The translations under genes and the position numbers were made by a program. Below are positions 27,314 through 37,477 of a stretch of 64,000 nucleotides of DNA, piece by piece (the stretch's first letter is position 1; each line of letters starts with the position of its first letter). Where the stretch lies: the IMG/VR virus record IMGVR_UViG_3300032315_001715, positions 310,001 to 374,000 of that record; one strand, 5' to 3'. Under the pieces are notes generated by a model. It saw nothing but the letters and a program-made list of their open reading frames with translations, had not been told where the DNA came from and ran no database searches.

Positions 27314-28767
27314 CAACACCTACCGCTACTAAAGTTCGTTCAATTCGTCGCGACGAGGGCTATCAGGATCCAATCAAGCTTTATCTCAAGGATGTGGGCA
27401 AGGCTCCATTGCTGACCCATAAGCAAGAGATCGAAATTAGCCAAACCATCGAAGCTTCGAAGCAGGCCATCACTGATCGGCTTCTTGGGATCCCCTTGAC
27501 CATTGCTACCGTTACATCCTGGATTGATGCTGCACGCATCAATGGACAGGATGCCCTCGAGGTGTTTGATATTGAACTGGATGATACCGACTCGGTTAGT
27601 CCAGACTTTCTAATACAGCTCGATCAGGTCAAGGAACTTTGTGAACGCTATCATACCGACGTGTCGAATATCGAACTGAGATCCCAGTTGGTCGAAATGT
27701 TCAACGAGCTTCCGTTGAATCCTGCTAGCATTGGCCATCTCATGGAGCAGATGATCGGCTTTAACAAGCAGGTCGTAACCATTGACGGTGAAATGCTGCG
27801 CCTGGCCGAAAGCTGCGGGATCAAGCGAGAGGAATGGCTCAAGGACTATCTGTTGAATGACGATCTTTCATGGATCGAGGCTTGTGCCGGGCGATCGTAC
27901 GAACTAATGCGAACGACATATCATGAAAAAATGTCCACCATTGCAGATCGAATCAATGAGATCAACGGTCTTACCGGGATGAGCCTTCGAGAGCTCCGAG
28001 AAACCGTCAAGGATTTGCGGGTACAAGCCAAGATCAAGGAAGCCGCTATCCAACGAATGGTTACTTCCAATCTGCGTCTCGTGGTTAGCGTGGCCAAGCG
28101 ATACAATCAAAACAACCCAACAACCCTGCTCGATCTAGTGCAGGAAGGCAACATCGGCCTGATCAAGGCCGTTGAAAAGTTCAAATGGCGCCTAGGCTAT
28201 CGGTTTAGCACATATGCTACTTGGTGGATTCGCCAGGCTATCATCAAGGCTACTACCGAACACAGCAAGACCATTCGGGTGCCTAGCCACGTTCTTGATG
28301 CGATCAAGAAGATCAATCGGGCTGCCAAGGAATATGTGAGCTCACACGGTTACGAGCCAAGTGATGCTGAGCTTGGCAAGCTGGTTGGCATGGATCCCGA
28401 AAAGGTCAATCGCATGCTACAGGTTGCCAAGGATCCGATCAGCCTCGAAACTCCGGTCGGTGATGATGAGGACTCAAACATCGGCAACTATATCGAGGAT
28501 CATTCCGCAATTGATGCCATTGAAAAGATCAACGATGACGATGTTGCTCGTGTGGTGGCCGAAGCACTCGGCACGCTAAACAGTCGAGAAGAGCGCGTAA
28601 TCCGCATGCGGTTTGGTATCGGTACCATGGACGAGCACACCCTGGAGGAGATTGGTAAGCGGTTTAACGTAACCCGTGAGCGGGTTCGACAGATCGAAGC
28701 CAAGGCCTTGCAGCGCCTGCAGACCCCGCAGCGCCTCAAGGAGCTCGAGTCGGCACTCGAGGACTAA
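27310..28767 (+). CDS. rpoD: RpoD-like primary sigma factor lacking region 1.1
   Basis: DPIKLYL (1.2), long non-conserved region, SNLRLVVSVAKRY, DLVQEGNIGL, STYATWWIRQAI, TLEEIG...TRERVRQIE. Confidence 0.95.
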   Translation: MTTPTATKVRSIRRDEGYQDPIKLYLKDVGKAPLLTHKQEIEISQTIEASKQAITDRLLGIPLTIATVTSWIDAARINGQDALEVFDIELDDTDSVSPDFLIQLDQVKELCERYHTDVSNIELRSQLVEMFNELPLNPASIGHLMEQMIGFNKQVVTIDGEMLRLAESCGIKREEWLKDYLLNDDLSWIEACAGRSYELMRTTYHEKMSTIADRINEINGLTGMSLRELRETVKDLRVQAKIKEAAIQRMVTSNLRLVVSVAKRYNQNNPTTLLDLVQEGNIGLIKAVEKFKWRLGYRFSTYATWWIRQAIIKATTEHSKTIRVPSHVLDAIKKINRAAKEYVSSHGYEPSDAELGKLVGMDPEKVNRMLQVAKDPISLETPVGDDEDSNIGNYIEDHSAIDAIEKINDDDVARVVAEALGTLNSREERVIRMRFGIGTMDEHTLEEIGKRFNVTRERVRQIEAKALQRLQTPQRLKELESALED

Positions 28768-28782
28768 ATGTCCGACCATGAT

Positions 28783-28814
28783 TCTCTGCGGTTGATAGCG
28801 ATCAACCGCAGAGA
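28783..28814. terminator. 14-bp perfect hairpin between convergent rpoD and sod
   Basis: TCTCTGCGGTTGAT-AGCG-ATCAACCGCAGAGA; no U-tract, so role uncertain. Confidence 0.5.
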
Positions 28815-28876
28815 TGCGGCAAATCACATGTCTTATGGTGGAGCAATATCTGGCAGGATCGCGATCGACGTAATAT

Positions 28877-29425
28877 TTATATTGAAATATTCAATCGATC
28901 ATTGATGACATTCCAATTGATGCAACGTAAAATACCTCTAATATATTTTCGTTTAGCATCACCACCCTGATAATCGAGCAGATACGCATGCTCCCAGATG
29001 TCCAAGGGCATGATCACGTCGTTCTTCCAGCTTTGATTCTTTAGGGTTTTGATCGCCCCATCTCGGGCCATGTAAACCCATCCACTGCCCTGGAACTTAG
29101 CAGCTTCTTCTACCAATGCATCCCTGAAATCTTCAAAGCTGCCGTGTATTTTTTCAATCAGCTCGAGGCTAGCTCCCTTGGCTTGATTGTTAACCTTTGG
29201 TGGTTGTAGCTGTGGCCAAAATAGGTTATGCAGCATCGCACCTGCACGATTGAACTCGGGATCGCCCTCGCCCTTGTTAAACCTATCAACGTATCCACGA
29301 CTCAACACGTCGTAGTGCAGCTTAACGGTTTCTCGACCCATCACCGGTTCAAGCGCATCGTGCTTGTACGGGAGATCAACCAGGGAGAGAGTTTCCTTGG
29401 CTTCTAATATGTGTTGGAATCTCAT
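28877..29425 (-). CDS. Fe/Mn superoxide dismutase
   Basis: LPYKHDALEP, LHY, HNLFW, QGSGW, DIWEHAY. Confidence 0.9.
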   Translation of the reverse strand: MRFQHILEAKETLSLVDLPYKHDALEPVMGRETVKLHYDVLSRGYVDRFNKGEGDPEFNRAGAMLHNLFWPQLQPPKVNNQAKGASLELIEKIHGSFEDFRDALVEEAAKFQGSGWVYMARDGAIKTLKNQSWKNDVIMPLDIWEHAYLLDYQGGDAKRKYIRGILRCINWNVINDRLNISI

Positions 29426-29500
29426 GTCATTATTTACCGATTATTGACCCGAGTTAATAACTACCAATATAATTCGATATCCATTATAGGGGGTAACAGC

Positions 29501-29722
29501 ATGGGCAGGCGCAGCACCATTGAAAAAAATAGAGTTTATGTTGAATGTACCGATGCTTACCGTCGAGTTAAAGGGCAGATAATATCCAGGGACGAAAATG
29601 TGCTGACCGTTGAACTCCCGACCGGGGCTGTCATGGAATTAACTCGTCGGAATCACAAGGGAATATATGCATTCCAAGCTGGGTTGTTGGAATTTATCTC
29701 GGACGGCAAGTTAGTGGTTTAG
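29501..29722 (+). CDS. hypothetical protein
   Basis: GGGG RBS, upstream TTGACC-N18-TATAAT (29444-29473); resembles 38196-38417. Confidence 0.6.
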   Translation: MGRRSTIEKNRVYVECTDAYRRVKGQIISRDENVLTVELPTGAVMELTRRNHKGIYAFQAGLLEFISDGKLVV

Positions 29723-29727
29723 AGCCA

Positions 29728-30078
29728 CTAGATCGGTGTGATTTGACCGGTAAAAATAAAATTGCTGGTACCGTTGTTGCTTGTTACTACAACAGAATCG
29801 TTGGAATTAATACAGATCTGTTGTAGATACAAGCTATGCCCATAGTGCAACGTTGATTGGTAAGCTATGTAACTTTCAGAAGACAGAACGTTACCGCTGG
29901 TTACAAGTGCAACGCTAACGGTATCATTCTCGGTTCCTTGGTTCATGCAAAAGATCGTGCCGATCGCAGTTTCATTCTTTGGTGGGCCAATCATGGATGG
30001 TATCGTGGTTGGCTGATAGAGAACACTAGGAATTCCTGCGATTGGCTTGATTTCCTTGAGCACCGGTTGCTTTGGCAT
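29728..30078 (-). CDS. hypothetical, probably virion-associated protein
   Basis: Beta-rich 116 aa; TAAATA upstream; ends in TAG. Confidence 0.6.
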   Translation of the reverse strand: MPKQPVLKEIKPIAGIPSVLYQPTTIPSMIGPPKNETAIGTIFCMNQGTENDTVSVALVTSGNVLSSESYIAYQSTLHYGHSLYLQQICINSNDSVVVTSNNGTSNFIFTGQITPI

Positions 30079-30095
30079 AGCGTATTTATGCCATG

Positions 30096-30746
30096 TTATT
30101 TCATGGTTCGAGCTAGGTCGAACTTAGTCGTCCCAAGATGGCGTATCTCTCGGCTTAGATCGGTGTCGATCTGTATGGTATAGCCAGCAGCCCTGGCCTT
30201 GGTGCAAAAATAAAAGTCCTCACCTATGTGATCATTAAACTCGTCGTGCCACGACACTTCAAACCATGGCTTGTCAAGGCTCTTATGTACTTCGGTTTTA
30301 ACCAGCATGCATCCCATCCCGACTCCTTCAACCTCAACCAGTTGATCACCTTGGACATTGTATCCGAGCCAGCTGTCCCAATCGCCGATAGAACGATATG
30401 CTACACCCTTGAATGGATAGGTTCGGGTGGAATAGTTGCAAGCAACAATATCCGTGTTGTGTGATAACAGAGTCTCGATGCAGTTAACCGGAAACATCAT
30501 ATCACTATCAAGCCACATGATGTGCGTTGCATCACTTGATATGGCCGTTTCAGCAAGACGCTGTCTTTGTTTAGAAATCAAGCTGCCCGTTTCCATTAGG
30601 ACATTGACCTTGATGCCAACACTGTTGCAAAATTGGACCAATTGTATCAGATTATAGGCAAATAAGCTGTGAATGCTGTCGCGGCATGGCACGCATATCG
30701 AGATCTTGCTGCTCTTGCTGTTCTTGCTGTTTAATTTAAGTTTCAT
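30096..30746 (-). CDS. GT-A fold glycosyltransferase-like protein
   Basis: ISICVP, MWLDSDM (DxD), GVGMGCML, GEDFYFC. Confidence 0.75.
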   Translation of the reverse strand: MKLKLNSKNSKSSKISICVPCRDSIHSLFAYNLIQLVQFCNSVGIKVNVLMETGSLISKQRQRLAETAISSDATHIMWLDSDMMFPVNCIETLLSHNTDIVACNYSTRTYPFKGVAYRSIGDWDSWLGYNVQGDQLVEVEGVGMGCMLVKTEVHKSLDKPWFEVSWHDEFNDHIGEDFYFCTKARAAGYTIQIDTDLSREIRHLGTTKFDLARTMK

Positions 30747-30748
30747 CG

Positions 30749-31276
30749 TTAACCGTTCGGAACACCGTTGGTGTTTACGCCAAGCGTTTCTTCAACCTCA
30801 GCGGTTGTATTCTTGATCAATGCTGCATATCGAATGCAGATTCGAGCAGCATCCTCAAATGCATCAACTGGCAAGCATGTCATCTTGTCCATGGTATCTT
30901 TGGTGGTCCGCCCGATGGTCATCAGTTCTAACGCTGCCTGTCGTCCGAGATAATTGGACCAATATTCAGACTCCTGATCAGAATATTCTGAAATGATAGC
31001 GTTTCTCATATCAGGGTCGATGTCGCTGTACCATGCAACCGCTTGTTGATACTTTTGATTGAGCTCTGTAATGGTCCGCCGGGTATCTATGTGACTATCA
31101 TCGTAAGAGCCTTCCAATTTATCAATCTGCGCACGTAGCTGTTCTATTTCTTTCATCACCGCGACAATTTGTCGCGCCGGGGTCGGATAAGCCTCTAGAA
31201 AGAAATGTTCAAATTCGTAGTCAGATCGTCCGGTTGGAATAGAATTTAGGATTTTGATAATTTCGGTGATGTCCAT
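30749..31276 (-). CDS. hypothetical helical protein
   Basis: 175 aa, co-directional chain. Confidence 0.65.
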   Translation of the reverse strand: MDITEIIKILNSIPTGRSDYEFEHFFLEAYPTPARQIVAVMKEIEQLRAQIDKLEGSYDDSHIDTRRTITELNQKYQQAVAWYSDIDPDMRNAIISEYSDQESEYWSNYLGRQAALELMTIGRTTKDTMDKMTCLPVDAFEDAARICIRYAALIKNTTAEVEETLGVNTNGVPNG

Positions 31277-31326
31277 GATAAGGTCCTTTCCAATAAATTG
31301 TATGGAAACCCTGTTGAACGATCAAG

Positions 31327-31524
31327 TTAAATGTAGTCGTACGGGCCGGTGCGTCCGCCAAACGTGGATGACAGCGTGATTGTTCCGGATGATACACCTA
31401 TATACGACCCTAGAGTTGCTCGTAGGCTGACATTAGATCCAGCTGACGCTGTGATATTGGTATAGGCTTTATACACTCCGCCCATTCTAATGGCTGACCC
31501 GGTGTTTGGAATCGCAATTGGCAT
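31327..31524 (-). CDS. small virion-type protein
   Basis: PNTGSAIRMG...LSSTFGGRT; TAAATA upstream. Confidence 0.6.
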   Translation of the reverse strand: MPIAIPNTGSAIRMGGVYKAYTNITASAGSNVSLRATLGSYIGVSSGTITLSSTFGGRTGPYDYI

Positions 31525-31553
31525 GATCTATTTATCAACCTTTTATGATTTTA

Positions 31554-32531
31554 TCAAGAACTTCTGCTGGCAATGTATTGCCGAACGCTGCCAACTGTTA
31601 CCAGCCCATCGGGTCCTCGTAAAATTGGATTAGCTCGCGCTACCGCCTGGGGGCTGAGATTTGGATGATTTCCAATGACATAATCATCTGGCTTACCAAC
31701 TGCGGCTGGATAAAAAGTTGAAAGATATAGATCACCGGTGGTTGGATTGGCCGGTAGTCGAACGCTGCGGTAATACTGGGTGACCGGTCCGCACATCTGT
31801 TCCCCAGGTGACATCTGCAGGATTTGTTCGGTGCTGTACCCCAGGCCTCGTGCGGTACTCGGCATTATCTGTATTAATCCGGCAGCCTGTGTACCAGGAT
31901 TCAATGCAGTCACTCCGTTTCTACCGCCAGGTGCATAATTGGTCCCCAAGCCGCTTTCTATCTGCATGATCGCAAGTATGCTGTCGGCTGGAACATTCTT
32001 TTCCTTGGCAAGATTATCAAGGCATTCCATGAATCTAGCATCGTTGCGATAGTTTTCTGGCAATCGGGCGCGCGCCGCATCGCTGATTGGTTGGTACCCA
32101 ACACCGTCTCCTCCCGGAGTAATGCGATTGGCCGGTGTGGTCGACACAGGCTCTCCTGGGCTACCAGCGGTGGCATTTTGTATTCCACCACCACCCGACC
32201 AGCTTCCGGTCCCGGTATCGCGAGGATTGGTCTGCGGGCCACCTGGTAGCTCTATCGACACAGCAGCACGGCTTGGTGCAAGTTCTAGGGCAGCGGTTTC
32301 TGGCACCGGCGTTTCTCGGTAATCAATTAGCTCGACCTTGGTTTCAAATCCACCAGGAGTTTTGACATATATCCCGTTGTCCCCTGCCCTGATTTCCCAA
32401 TTACCGCCTAATACTATCTTGTCAGCATACAAAACTGCACCCTGGCCGCCTACACCGCCAAACGAATTGGCCTGTACCTGATTAGCGGTTATTTGATTGG
32501 CGGTTATGCTGTCAGCATTTACATCGGTCAT
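31554..32531 (-). CDS. lytic transglycosylase (SLT-like) domain protein
   Basis: AIMQIESG, AAGLIQIMPSTARGLG in C-half; Pro/Gly linker. Confidence 0.75.
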   Translation of the reverse strand: MTDVNADSITANQITANQVQANSFGGVGGQGAVLYADKIVLGGNWEIRAGDNGIYVKTPGGFETKVELIDYRETPVPETAALELAPSRAAVSIELPGGPQTNPRDTGTGSWSGGGGIQNATAGSPGEPVSTTPANRITPGGDGVGYQPISDAARARLPENYRNDARFMECLDNLAKEKNVPADSILAIMQIESGLGTNYAPGGRNGVTALNPGTQAAGLIQIMPSTARGLGYSTEQILQMSPGEQMCGPVTQYYRSVRLPANPTTGDLYLSTFYPAAVGKPDDYVIGNHPNLSPQAVARANPILRGPDGLVTVGSVRQYIASRSS

Positions 32532-32579
32532 GATTTTTCCTCGGTCTTATGGTATTTAACGACCCGTTAACCGGTATCT

Positions 32580-32957
32580 TTAGAATAGCTCTGGATGTTT
32601 CTTGCTGTATAGACGCATTATTTGACCAGCAACAGAATTGGCCTCGTCTTCTTGGGGGCTGCCTGTCTTACCAGAATCCTGTGATAGCTCTCCGTTTAGA
32701 TCCTGCCGATAATGTACCAATTCATGTGCGAGGCTTCTAAGAACGTCCAATATGTGCCGATGTTTTGGATACAGATGTATTCGTTTATTGCCAGGGCTAT
32801 AAGCTGCAAAGCTGTTTGATTCTTTATTGGTTATATGACGATCTATGAGGCGCACGTCTGGTACGGTTTTGAGTTCCAGATGCTCGCACGCAAATCGAAT
32901 GAAATCGATCAGGGTCGACGCAGGATTTTCACCATGTATTAGATCCATCATTTTCAT
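32580..32957 (-). CDS. HEXXH metallopeptidase-like protein
   Basis: LAHELVHYRQ...EDEANSVAG. Confidence 0.65.
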   Translation of the reverse strand: MKMMDLIHGENPASTLIDFIRFACEHLELKTVPDVRLIDRHITNKESNSFAAYSPGNKRIHLYPKHRHILDVLRSLAHELVHYRQDLNGELSQDSGKTGSPQEDEANSVAGQIMRLYSKKHPELF

Positions 32958-33048
32958 CGTATGGTATTTATGGTTGACGTGCCGATTCTATAATGCAAAC
33001 TACTGAGACGGATCAATGTTGTATTTTTATCATCGAGGAATCAAGACA

Positions 33049-33198
33049 ATGCTAGGGCTAATTTATTATGTGCTGTTACTTGTGGTGGTACATCAATTGG
33101 TAGTATCAGCAGCAACTGGCCACTACCTTGTGGTGTTTTTGTGTGCGATAATTGGCGCTCTGCTTACGACGATCAAGCAGCAGAGCGTCAAATCTTGA
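33049..33198 (+). CDS. small membrane protein
   Basis: Two hydrophobic helices; GAGG RBS. Confidence 0.5.
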   Translation: MLGLIYYVLLLVVVHQLVVSAATGHYLVVFLCAIIGALLTTIKQQSVKS

Positions 33199-33208
33199 AC
33201 TAAAATAA

Positions 33209-33508
33209 TTAGACCGATGTGCTAGTCAGACTTGATGCCTTGCTCTTACGAGGAGATCTCGCCTTCTTTTCTGCTGGCACCGCTGTTGGATCCTTGGGTT
33301 TCTTGGTCCTGGGAGATTTCTTTTTTGATTCAGCGACCGGTGCAGGAGCAGGATCAGCACTAAGAACTACATATCGCGAATCAGCAATGATCGTAGCTGG
33401 TTGTGATGCTGCAACAACTGGTGCTGGGCTGCTTTCGACTGGCTTGGCAGCCGGCGGCGGAGCTGGGGTTTCGGATAACCAGTTTAGCAGTCGTTTGAAT
33501 ATATTCAT
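33209..33508 (-). CDS. Pro/Lys-rich hypothetical protein
   Basis: AGGAG RBS; low complexity. Confidence 0.55.
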   Translation of the reverse strand: MNIFKRLLNWLSETPAPPPAAKPVESSPAPVVAASQPATIIADSRYVVLSADPAPAPVAESKKKSPRTKKPKDPTAVPAEKKARSPRKSKASSLTSTSV

Positions 33509-33583
33509 GGGTATTCTCCTCCTTGTATTCCATTATATATCCAGGTTTTTTGATTGTATAATCAAAATATTTGAATTGACCCA

Positions 33584-33612
33584 TTGACCCACCGATTTCC
33601 GATATCTACAAT
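33584..33612 (+). promoter_or_regulatory. sigma70-type promoter
   Basis: TTGACC-N17-TACAAT. Confidence 0.7.
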
Positions 33613-33659
33613 GGAGATCTTAGCAACGGGACCACGATCCCAATCACAAGGAGAATAAC

Positions 33660-33896
33660 ATGACCAAAATCACTGCAAATGCCAAGACTCGTCTGCTGTC
33701 CTATCTGAAAAACGGCAAGACGTTGACCGTAGCCCAGGCCCGCAGCCGATTCAAGATTGCCAATCCGACCGCTCGAATTTCTGATCTACGTGCTGATGGT
33801 GCAAACATCGTCACCGAGATGCGCGAAGGTCGCGATGGTATTGAGCGTGCAGTGTACAGCCTGGCGCCGACGCGCCGGGTCCGCGCTCGCGCCTAA
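33660..33896 (+). CDS. helix-turn-helix DNA-binding protein
   Basis: LLSYLKNGKTLTVAQARSRFKIANPTARISDLRADG. Confidence 0.8.
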   Translation: MTKITANAKTRLLSYLKNGKTLTVAQARSRFKIANPTARISDLRADGANIVTEMREGRDGIERAVYSLAPTRRVRARA

Positions 33897-33913
33897 TCGG
33901 TAACACATTATCG

Positions 33914-33948
33914 AACAGAATGCCCGGAGAAATTCCGGGCATTCTGTT
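33914..33948. terminator. hairpin terminator
   Basis: AACAGAATGCCCGGA-GAAAT-TCCGGGCATTCTGTT. Confidence 0.7.
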
Positions 33949-33963
33949 GATCAGAGGAGATTA

Positions 33964-34239
33964 ATGGAAAGCTACCAGACCTGGATCACCAACTGTCCGG
34001 CAGATGATGCGTTTGAACGATTGGTTAGGTATTGCCACGAGGATCCAGATGGATCTTATACGATCGGTCCGCCACATGAAACGGTTTCTTTTTGCCAAAA
34101 TGGATCATACATATATTATTCTGGAATTGAAATTATATCTGATCGTTCACGGGGCTGCACGGTTTCTGAGCTCGAAAGCATGGATTATCGTGGAATATAC
34201 AAATGTTTACCAACTAACCCTACTAAAGTTGATATATAA
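33964..34239 (+). CDS. hypothetical protein
   Basis: AGGAG RBS. Confidence 0.5.
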   Translation: MESYQTWITNCPADDAFERLVRYCHEDPDGSYTIGPPHETVSFCQNGSYIYYSGIEIISDRSRGCTVSELESMDYRGIYKCLPTNPTKVDI

Positions 34240-34270
34240 TCAGGTTTAGGCACAGGGAGAACTGACCAAC

Positions 34271-34495
34271 ATGGCATTTGAACGAAAAGGATTAAAAACA
34301 TTGGTCGAAGGATCTCCCAGGATCCTAAGCTACATAACCGATGATACCGCAACAACGGTATCAAAACGCTATTATTTTCAGGATATCAGAGATAATTTAG
34401 CGTTTGGAGATTGGATCTTTGTTACCACTAGCACCGGTGGTGTTATTTTGCATGTGGATGAGATCGACCCTCTTGAACTGGGATCGCCTCGATGA
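34271..34495 (+). CDS. hypothetical protein
   Basis: GGAG RBS; YITDD...YF...GDWIFV. Confidence 0.6.
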   Translation: MAFERKGLKTLVEGSPRILSYITDDTATTVSKRYYFQDIRDNLAFGDWIFVTTSTGGVILHVDEIDPLELGSPR

Positions 34496-34785
34496 GCGCC
34501 AACAGTTTTGTTAAATCCATGTTGTTTAACGAGCTCCGCTGGAGGACTAGATTAACTGATGGGGATATTACCATCATTGTTGATTCATTCATGGAACAGA
34601 TCGAACGGCGCCGGCACACCATTGTACCGACATACCTCACTGATAACATGTACGAAACACAAAAATACATCGATCCGGATATTGAATTCAACAAGGCGAA
34701 CAGCCTTTATAAATCGGCACTGGCAGAATACAACAAACAGTCGGCTAGGCCTGCTGATTTGGATGAAACAAGCGGATTTTGGTGA
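34492..34785 (+). CDS. hypothetical protein
   Basis: ATGA overlap with upstream gene. Confidence 0.55.
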   Translation: MSANSFVKSMLFNELRWRTRLTDGDITIIVDSFMEQIERRRHTIVPTYLTDNMYETQKYIDPDIEFNKANSLYKSALAEYNKQSARPADLDETSGFW

Positions 34786-34872
34786 TTCGTGCTCGAGGAT
34801 TGATGTTTATTGCTACACCGATCATCTTGTGATATTATAAATTTCACCATCCATATCATAATAGGAGACAAC

Positions 34873-35463
34873 ATGAAGGGTATTGGAGAAAAGATTGCAC
34901 CGTTCCAATTCGTTGGCGTAAAGCCAAAGTTTAACAATCATGAGGAAAACGGCGAATCTGCATTTGAAACCATAACGGAATCTAGCTTCCCGGGAAAGTG
35001 GAAGATCATTTACTATTACCCAAAGGATTTTACCTTTGTCTGCCCAACTGAGATCGTCGCGTTTGATCAGCTAGCTGCTGACTTTGCCGATCGAAATACC
35101 GTACTTCTAGGTGGCAGCACCGATAATGAGTTTTGCAAGCTAGCATGGCGACAGGCACATCCAGATCTAAATCGTCTAGGGCATTGGAGCTTTGCTGACA
35201 CGCTGCCCCCGTATGGATCGGCTCCGACGGATGAAGGATTTTATCGAGGGAACCTAATCGATCAGCTTGGTATCAGGGATCCTACTGCCGGTGTGGCCCT
35301 GCGTGTTACCTATATCGTTGATCCGGATAACGTCATCCAGCATGTCAGTGCTAACAATCTCAACGTTGGTCGAAATCCGGCGGAAACCTTGAGAATCCTC
35401 GACGCCCTTCAAACCGGTGAGCTATGTGGCTGTAATCGAGACGTCGGCGGCTGTACCCTTTGA
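34873..35463 (+). CDS. ahpC: 2-Cys peroxiredoxin
   Basis: YPKDFTFVCPTE, RILDALQTGELC; start moved to 34873 (AGGAG). Confidence 0.93.
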   Translation: MKGIGEKIAPFQFVGVKPKFNNHEENGESAFETITESSFPGKWKIIYYYPKDFTFVCPTEIVAFDQLAADFADRNTVLLGGSTDNEFCKLAWRQAHPDLNRLGHWSFADTLPPYGSAPTDEGFYRGNLIDQLGIRDPTAGVALRVTYIVDPDNVIQHVSANNLNVGRNPAETLRILDALQTGELCGCNRDVGGCTL

Positions 35464-35480
35464 TCAATTAGTTGATTTTT

Positions 35481-35516
35481 AAATAAAAGCAGGCAGTGGT
35501 TGCCTGCTTTTATTTT
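35481..35516. terminator. bidirectional intrinsic terminator
   Basis: AAATAAAAGCAGGCA-N-TGCCTGCTTTTATTTT. Confidence 0.8.
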
Positions 35517-35522
35517 GATTAG

Positions 35523-35551
35523 TTGATGCAATCATCTTCAGGTCTTATAAT
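35523..35551 (+). promoter_or_regulatory. sigma70-type promoter
   Basis: TTGATG-N17-TATAAT. Confidence 0.65.
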
Positions 35552-35579
35552 TAAATCAACAGCATCATTGGAGAAATAA

Positions 35580-36134
35580 ATGGCCAAGGAAGACGCGTCG
35601 TCTATGGATCTAGAAGATCACAACATACATCTTTTCATGGATGACTTTGACAGCAAAACCGTAAAACCTGTCATTGAATTCATCATGCAGAAGAATCTCC
35701 TACCAACTGCTAAACGACCCAAGCATCTAACCCTGATGATCAACAGCCCTGGTGGCGATCTCAATGCTGCATTTGCATTAATAGATATCATGCGAGGCAG
35801 TTCAATTCCGGTACATACCGTTGGTATTGGGCAAATTGCCAGTTGTGGATTGCTGACATTCATGAGCGGCAAAAAGGGCAAAAGAATGCTCACCCCGAAT
35901 ACCAGCATACTCAGCCATCAATATAGCTGGGGCGGTTATGGCAAGGAGCACGAGTTATTTGCTAGGGTTCGAGAGTTTGAACTAACGAGCGAACGGCTCA
36001 TGGCACACTATCGCAAATGTACCGGTCTTGATGACAAGGTCATCAAGAAATTGTTGCTGCCTCCTGAAGATGTTTGGCTCGATGCCGAACAAGCTGTTAA
36101 GTATGGCATAGCTGACGAAATCAAGGAAATCTAA
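35580..36134 (+). CDS. clpP: ClpP-like protease
   Basis: INSPGG, IASCG (catalytic Ser), SHQ (His), WLDAEQAVKYGIAD. Confidence 0.88.
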   Translation: MAKEDASSMDLEDHNIHLFMDDFDSKTVKPVIEFIMQKNLLPTAKRPKHLTLMINSPGGDLNAAFALIDIMRGSSIPVHTVGIGQIASCGLLTFMSGKKGKRMLTPNTSILSHQYSWGGYGKEHELFARVREFELTSERLMAHYRKCTGLDDKVIKKLLLPPEDVWLDAEQAVKYGIADEIKEI

Positions 36135-36135
36135 C

Positions 36136-36783
36136 ATGGCATCATTTTTTGATCAAACGGTGTCGGCCGTCACCGAAAGGCCTACGATGGTCTACGGGCT
36201 GAAATTTTTTCCAAATCTCGAGCCCATCGTGGATAATAATCAGGATACTCCGGCATTTGGATGGCCGTCCGGACCAGAGGTCTCAGATTGTAATCTGTCC
36301 GTGGTCTCCGATGTGATCAAACGCCTTGGGAATCGCTGCCGAGTGATACTGGAAATTGGTGTGCATCGAAATGAAGGCCGAAGCATGACCAACATATTAA
36401 TGGACAATCGACCAGTTGGATCAACGTATATCGGGGTGGATATTAACGATAAAAGTTATCTAAACGACCAGTCCACGGGCATTTATACCATTCGATCCAA
36501 TAGCCACGATCAACAAAAGATCCGTGCAGCATTGATGGAAATCGGTGTTCAGCAGATAGATCTGCTGATGATCGACGGCTGGCACAGCGTTAATACCTGC
36601 GTGAATGATTGGGCTTATACCAATCTCCTAAGTGATCACGGTGTGGTCATCCTGCATGATACCAATGCACATCCCGGGTGTGTTGCATTGTTCCATGCGG
36701 TTGACGAGGATTTGTTTGTCAAGTCTAGATTTTGCGACGACGATAACGACATGGGCATTGCTACGTTTTGGAAGAAAAGCTAA
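36136..36783 (+). CDS. class I SAM-dependent methyltransferase
   Basis: ILEIGV, GVD, LMIDGWHS, ILHDT. Confidence 0.75.
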   Translation: MASFFDQTVSAVTERPTMVYGLKFFPNLEPIVDNNQDTPAFGWPSGPEVSDCNLSVVSDVIKRLGNRCRVILEIGVHRNEGRSMTNILMDNRPVGSTYIGVDINDKSYLNDQSTGIYTIRSNSHDQQKIRAALMEIGVQQIDLLMIDGWHSVNTCVNDWAYTNLLSDHGVVILHDTNAHPGCVALFHAVDEDLFVKSRFCDDDNDMGIATFWKKS

Positions 36784-36842
36784 GAACACTTGATTTCTAC
36801 TTGCGATAGTGTTAAAAAGCATTCTCAGCAAGGAGATATAGC

Positions 36843-37052
36843 ATGTTTTTCCAGCGTGATACGAAGTTTTACATCGGTCCTCTTTCTGACGTGCAGATTG
36901 ATAGCTTGCAAGCACGTCCAGAGCTGCGATCAAGTGGAATCGCATGCATGGCTTGGGACGGTAAGGTTGAGACGTATCTAACCATCCCTGCTATTGAGCC
37001 GAATCTAGAGATCCTGCGCGATCTCAAACGGATGGACATAATCAACACATGA
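36843..37052 (+). CDS. hypothetical protein
   Basis: AAGGAG RBS. Confidence 0.6.
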   Translation: MFFQRDTKFYIGPLSDVQIDSLQARPELRSSGIACMAWDGKVETYLTIPAIEPNLEILRDLKRMDIINT

Positions 37053-37477
37053 CGATGCATATGGTCCACCCGGGATTAACCACCCTCAATACCAGAAAGA
37101 CCAAGAAAAAGCCTTCTGTTAAACAGCAACAGGTTACAGCCAAGCACGATGCTTGGCTGCGTGCCCAGGGAGTGCATCCGGAGCAGCTTGCAATGCGCAA
37201 GGACTCAAAACCAAATAAACTACAATTAAATCTTTCAGTTGATCGATCTGGCCCACAGTGCAATAACGGGTTTGCGCCAGCAGGCGCCAAGAACAGTGTG
37301 TTTGACAGCCAATGGAAAAAGACGTATGACGACGATCCATCTATGGCAGCTAGGGAAGAAACCGCCCTTAAAAAGGCTGAGGCCAAGACTAAACGGATAG
37401 CACCAGCCTATTCAAAAGGCGCATACCAATACATTACATCAACTGACAGTTTGCAAGATATTGGTAAGAAAAAATAA
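37049..37477 (+). CDS. conserved phage hypothetical protein
   Basis: MHMVHPGL...IAPAYSKGAYQYIT. Confidence 0.7.
   Translation: MTMHMVHPGLTTLNTRKTKKKPSVKQQQVTAKHDAWLRAQGVHPEQLAMRKDSKPNKLQLNLSVDRSGPQCNNGFAPAGAKNSVFDSQWKKTYDDDPSMAAREETALKKAEAKTKRIAPAYSKGAYQYITSTDSLQDIGKKK

Noticed and set aside
32974-32988. TTGACG...TATAAT promoter
   Set aside because: Spacer only 9 nt, incompatible with sigma70.
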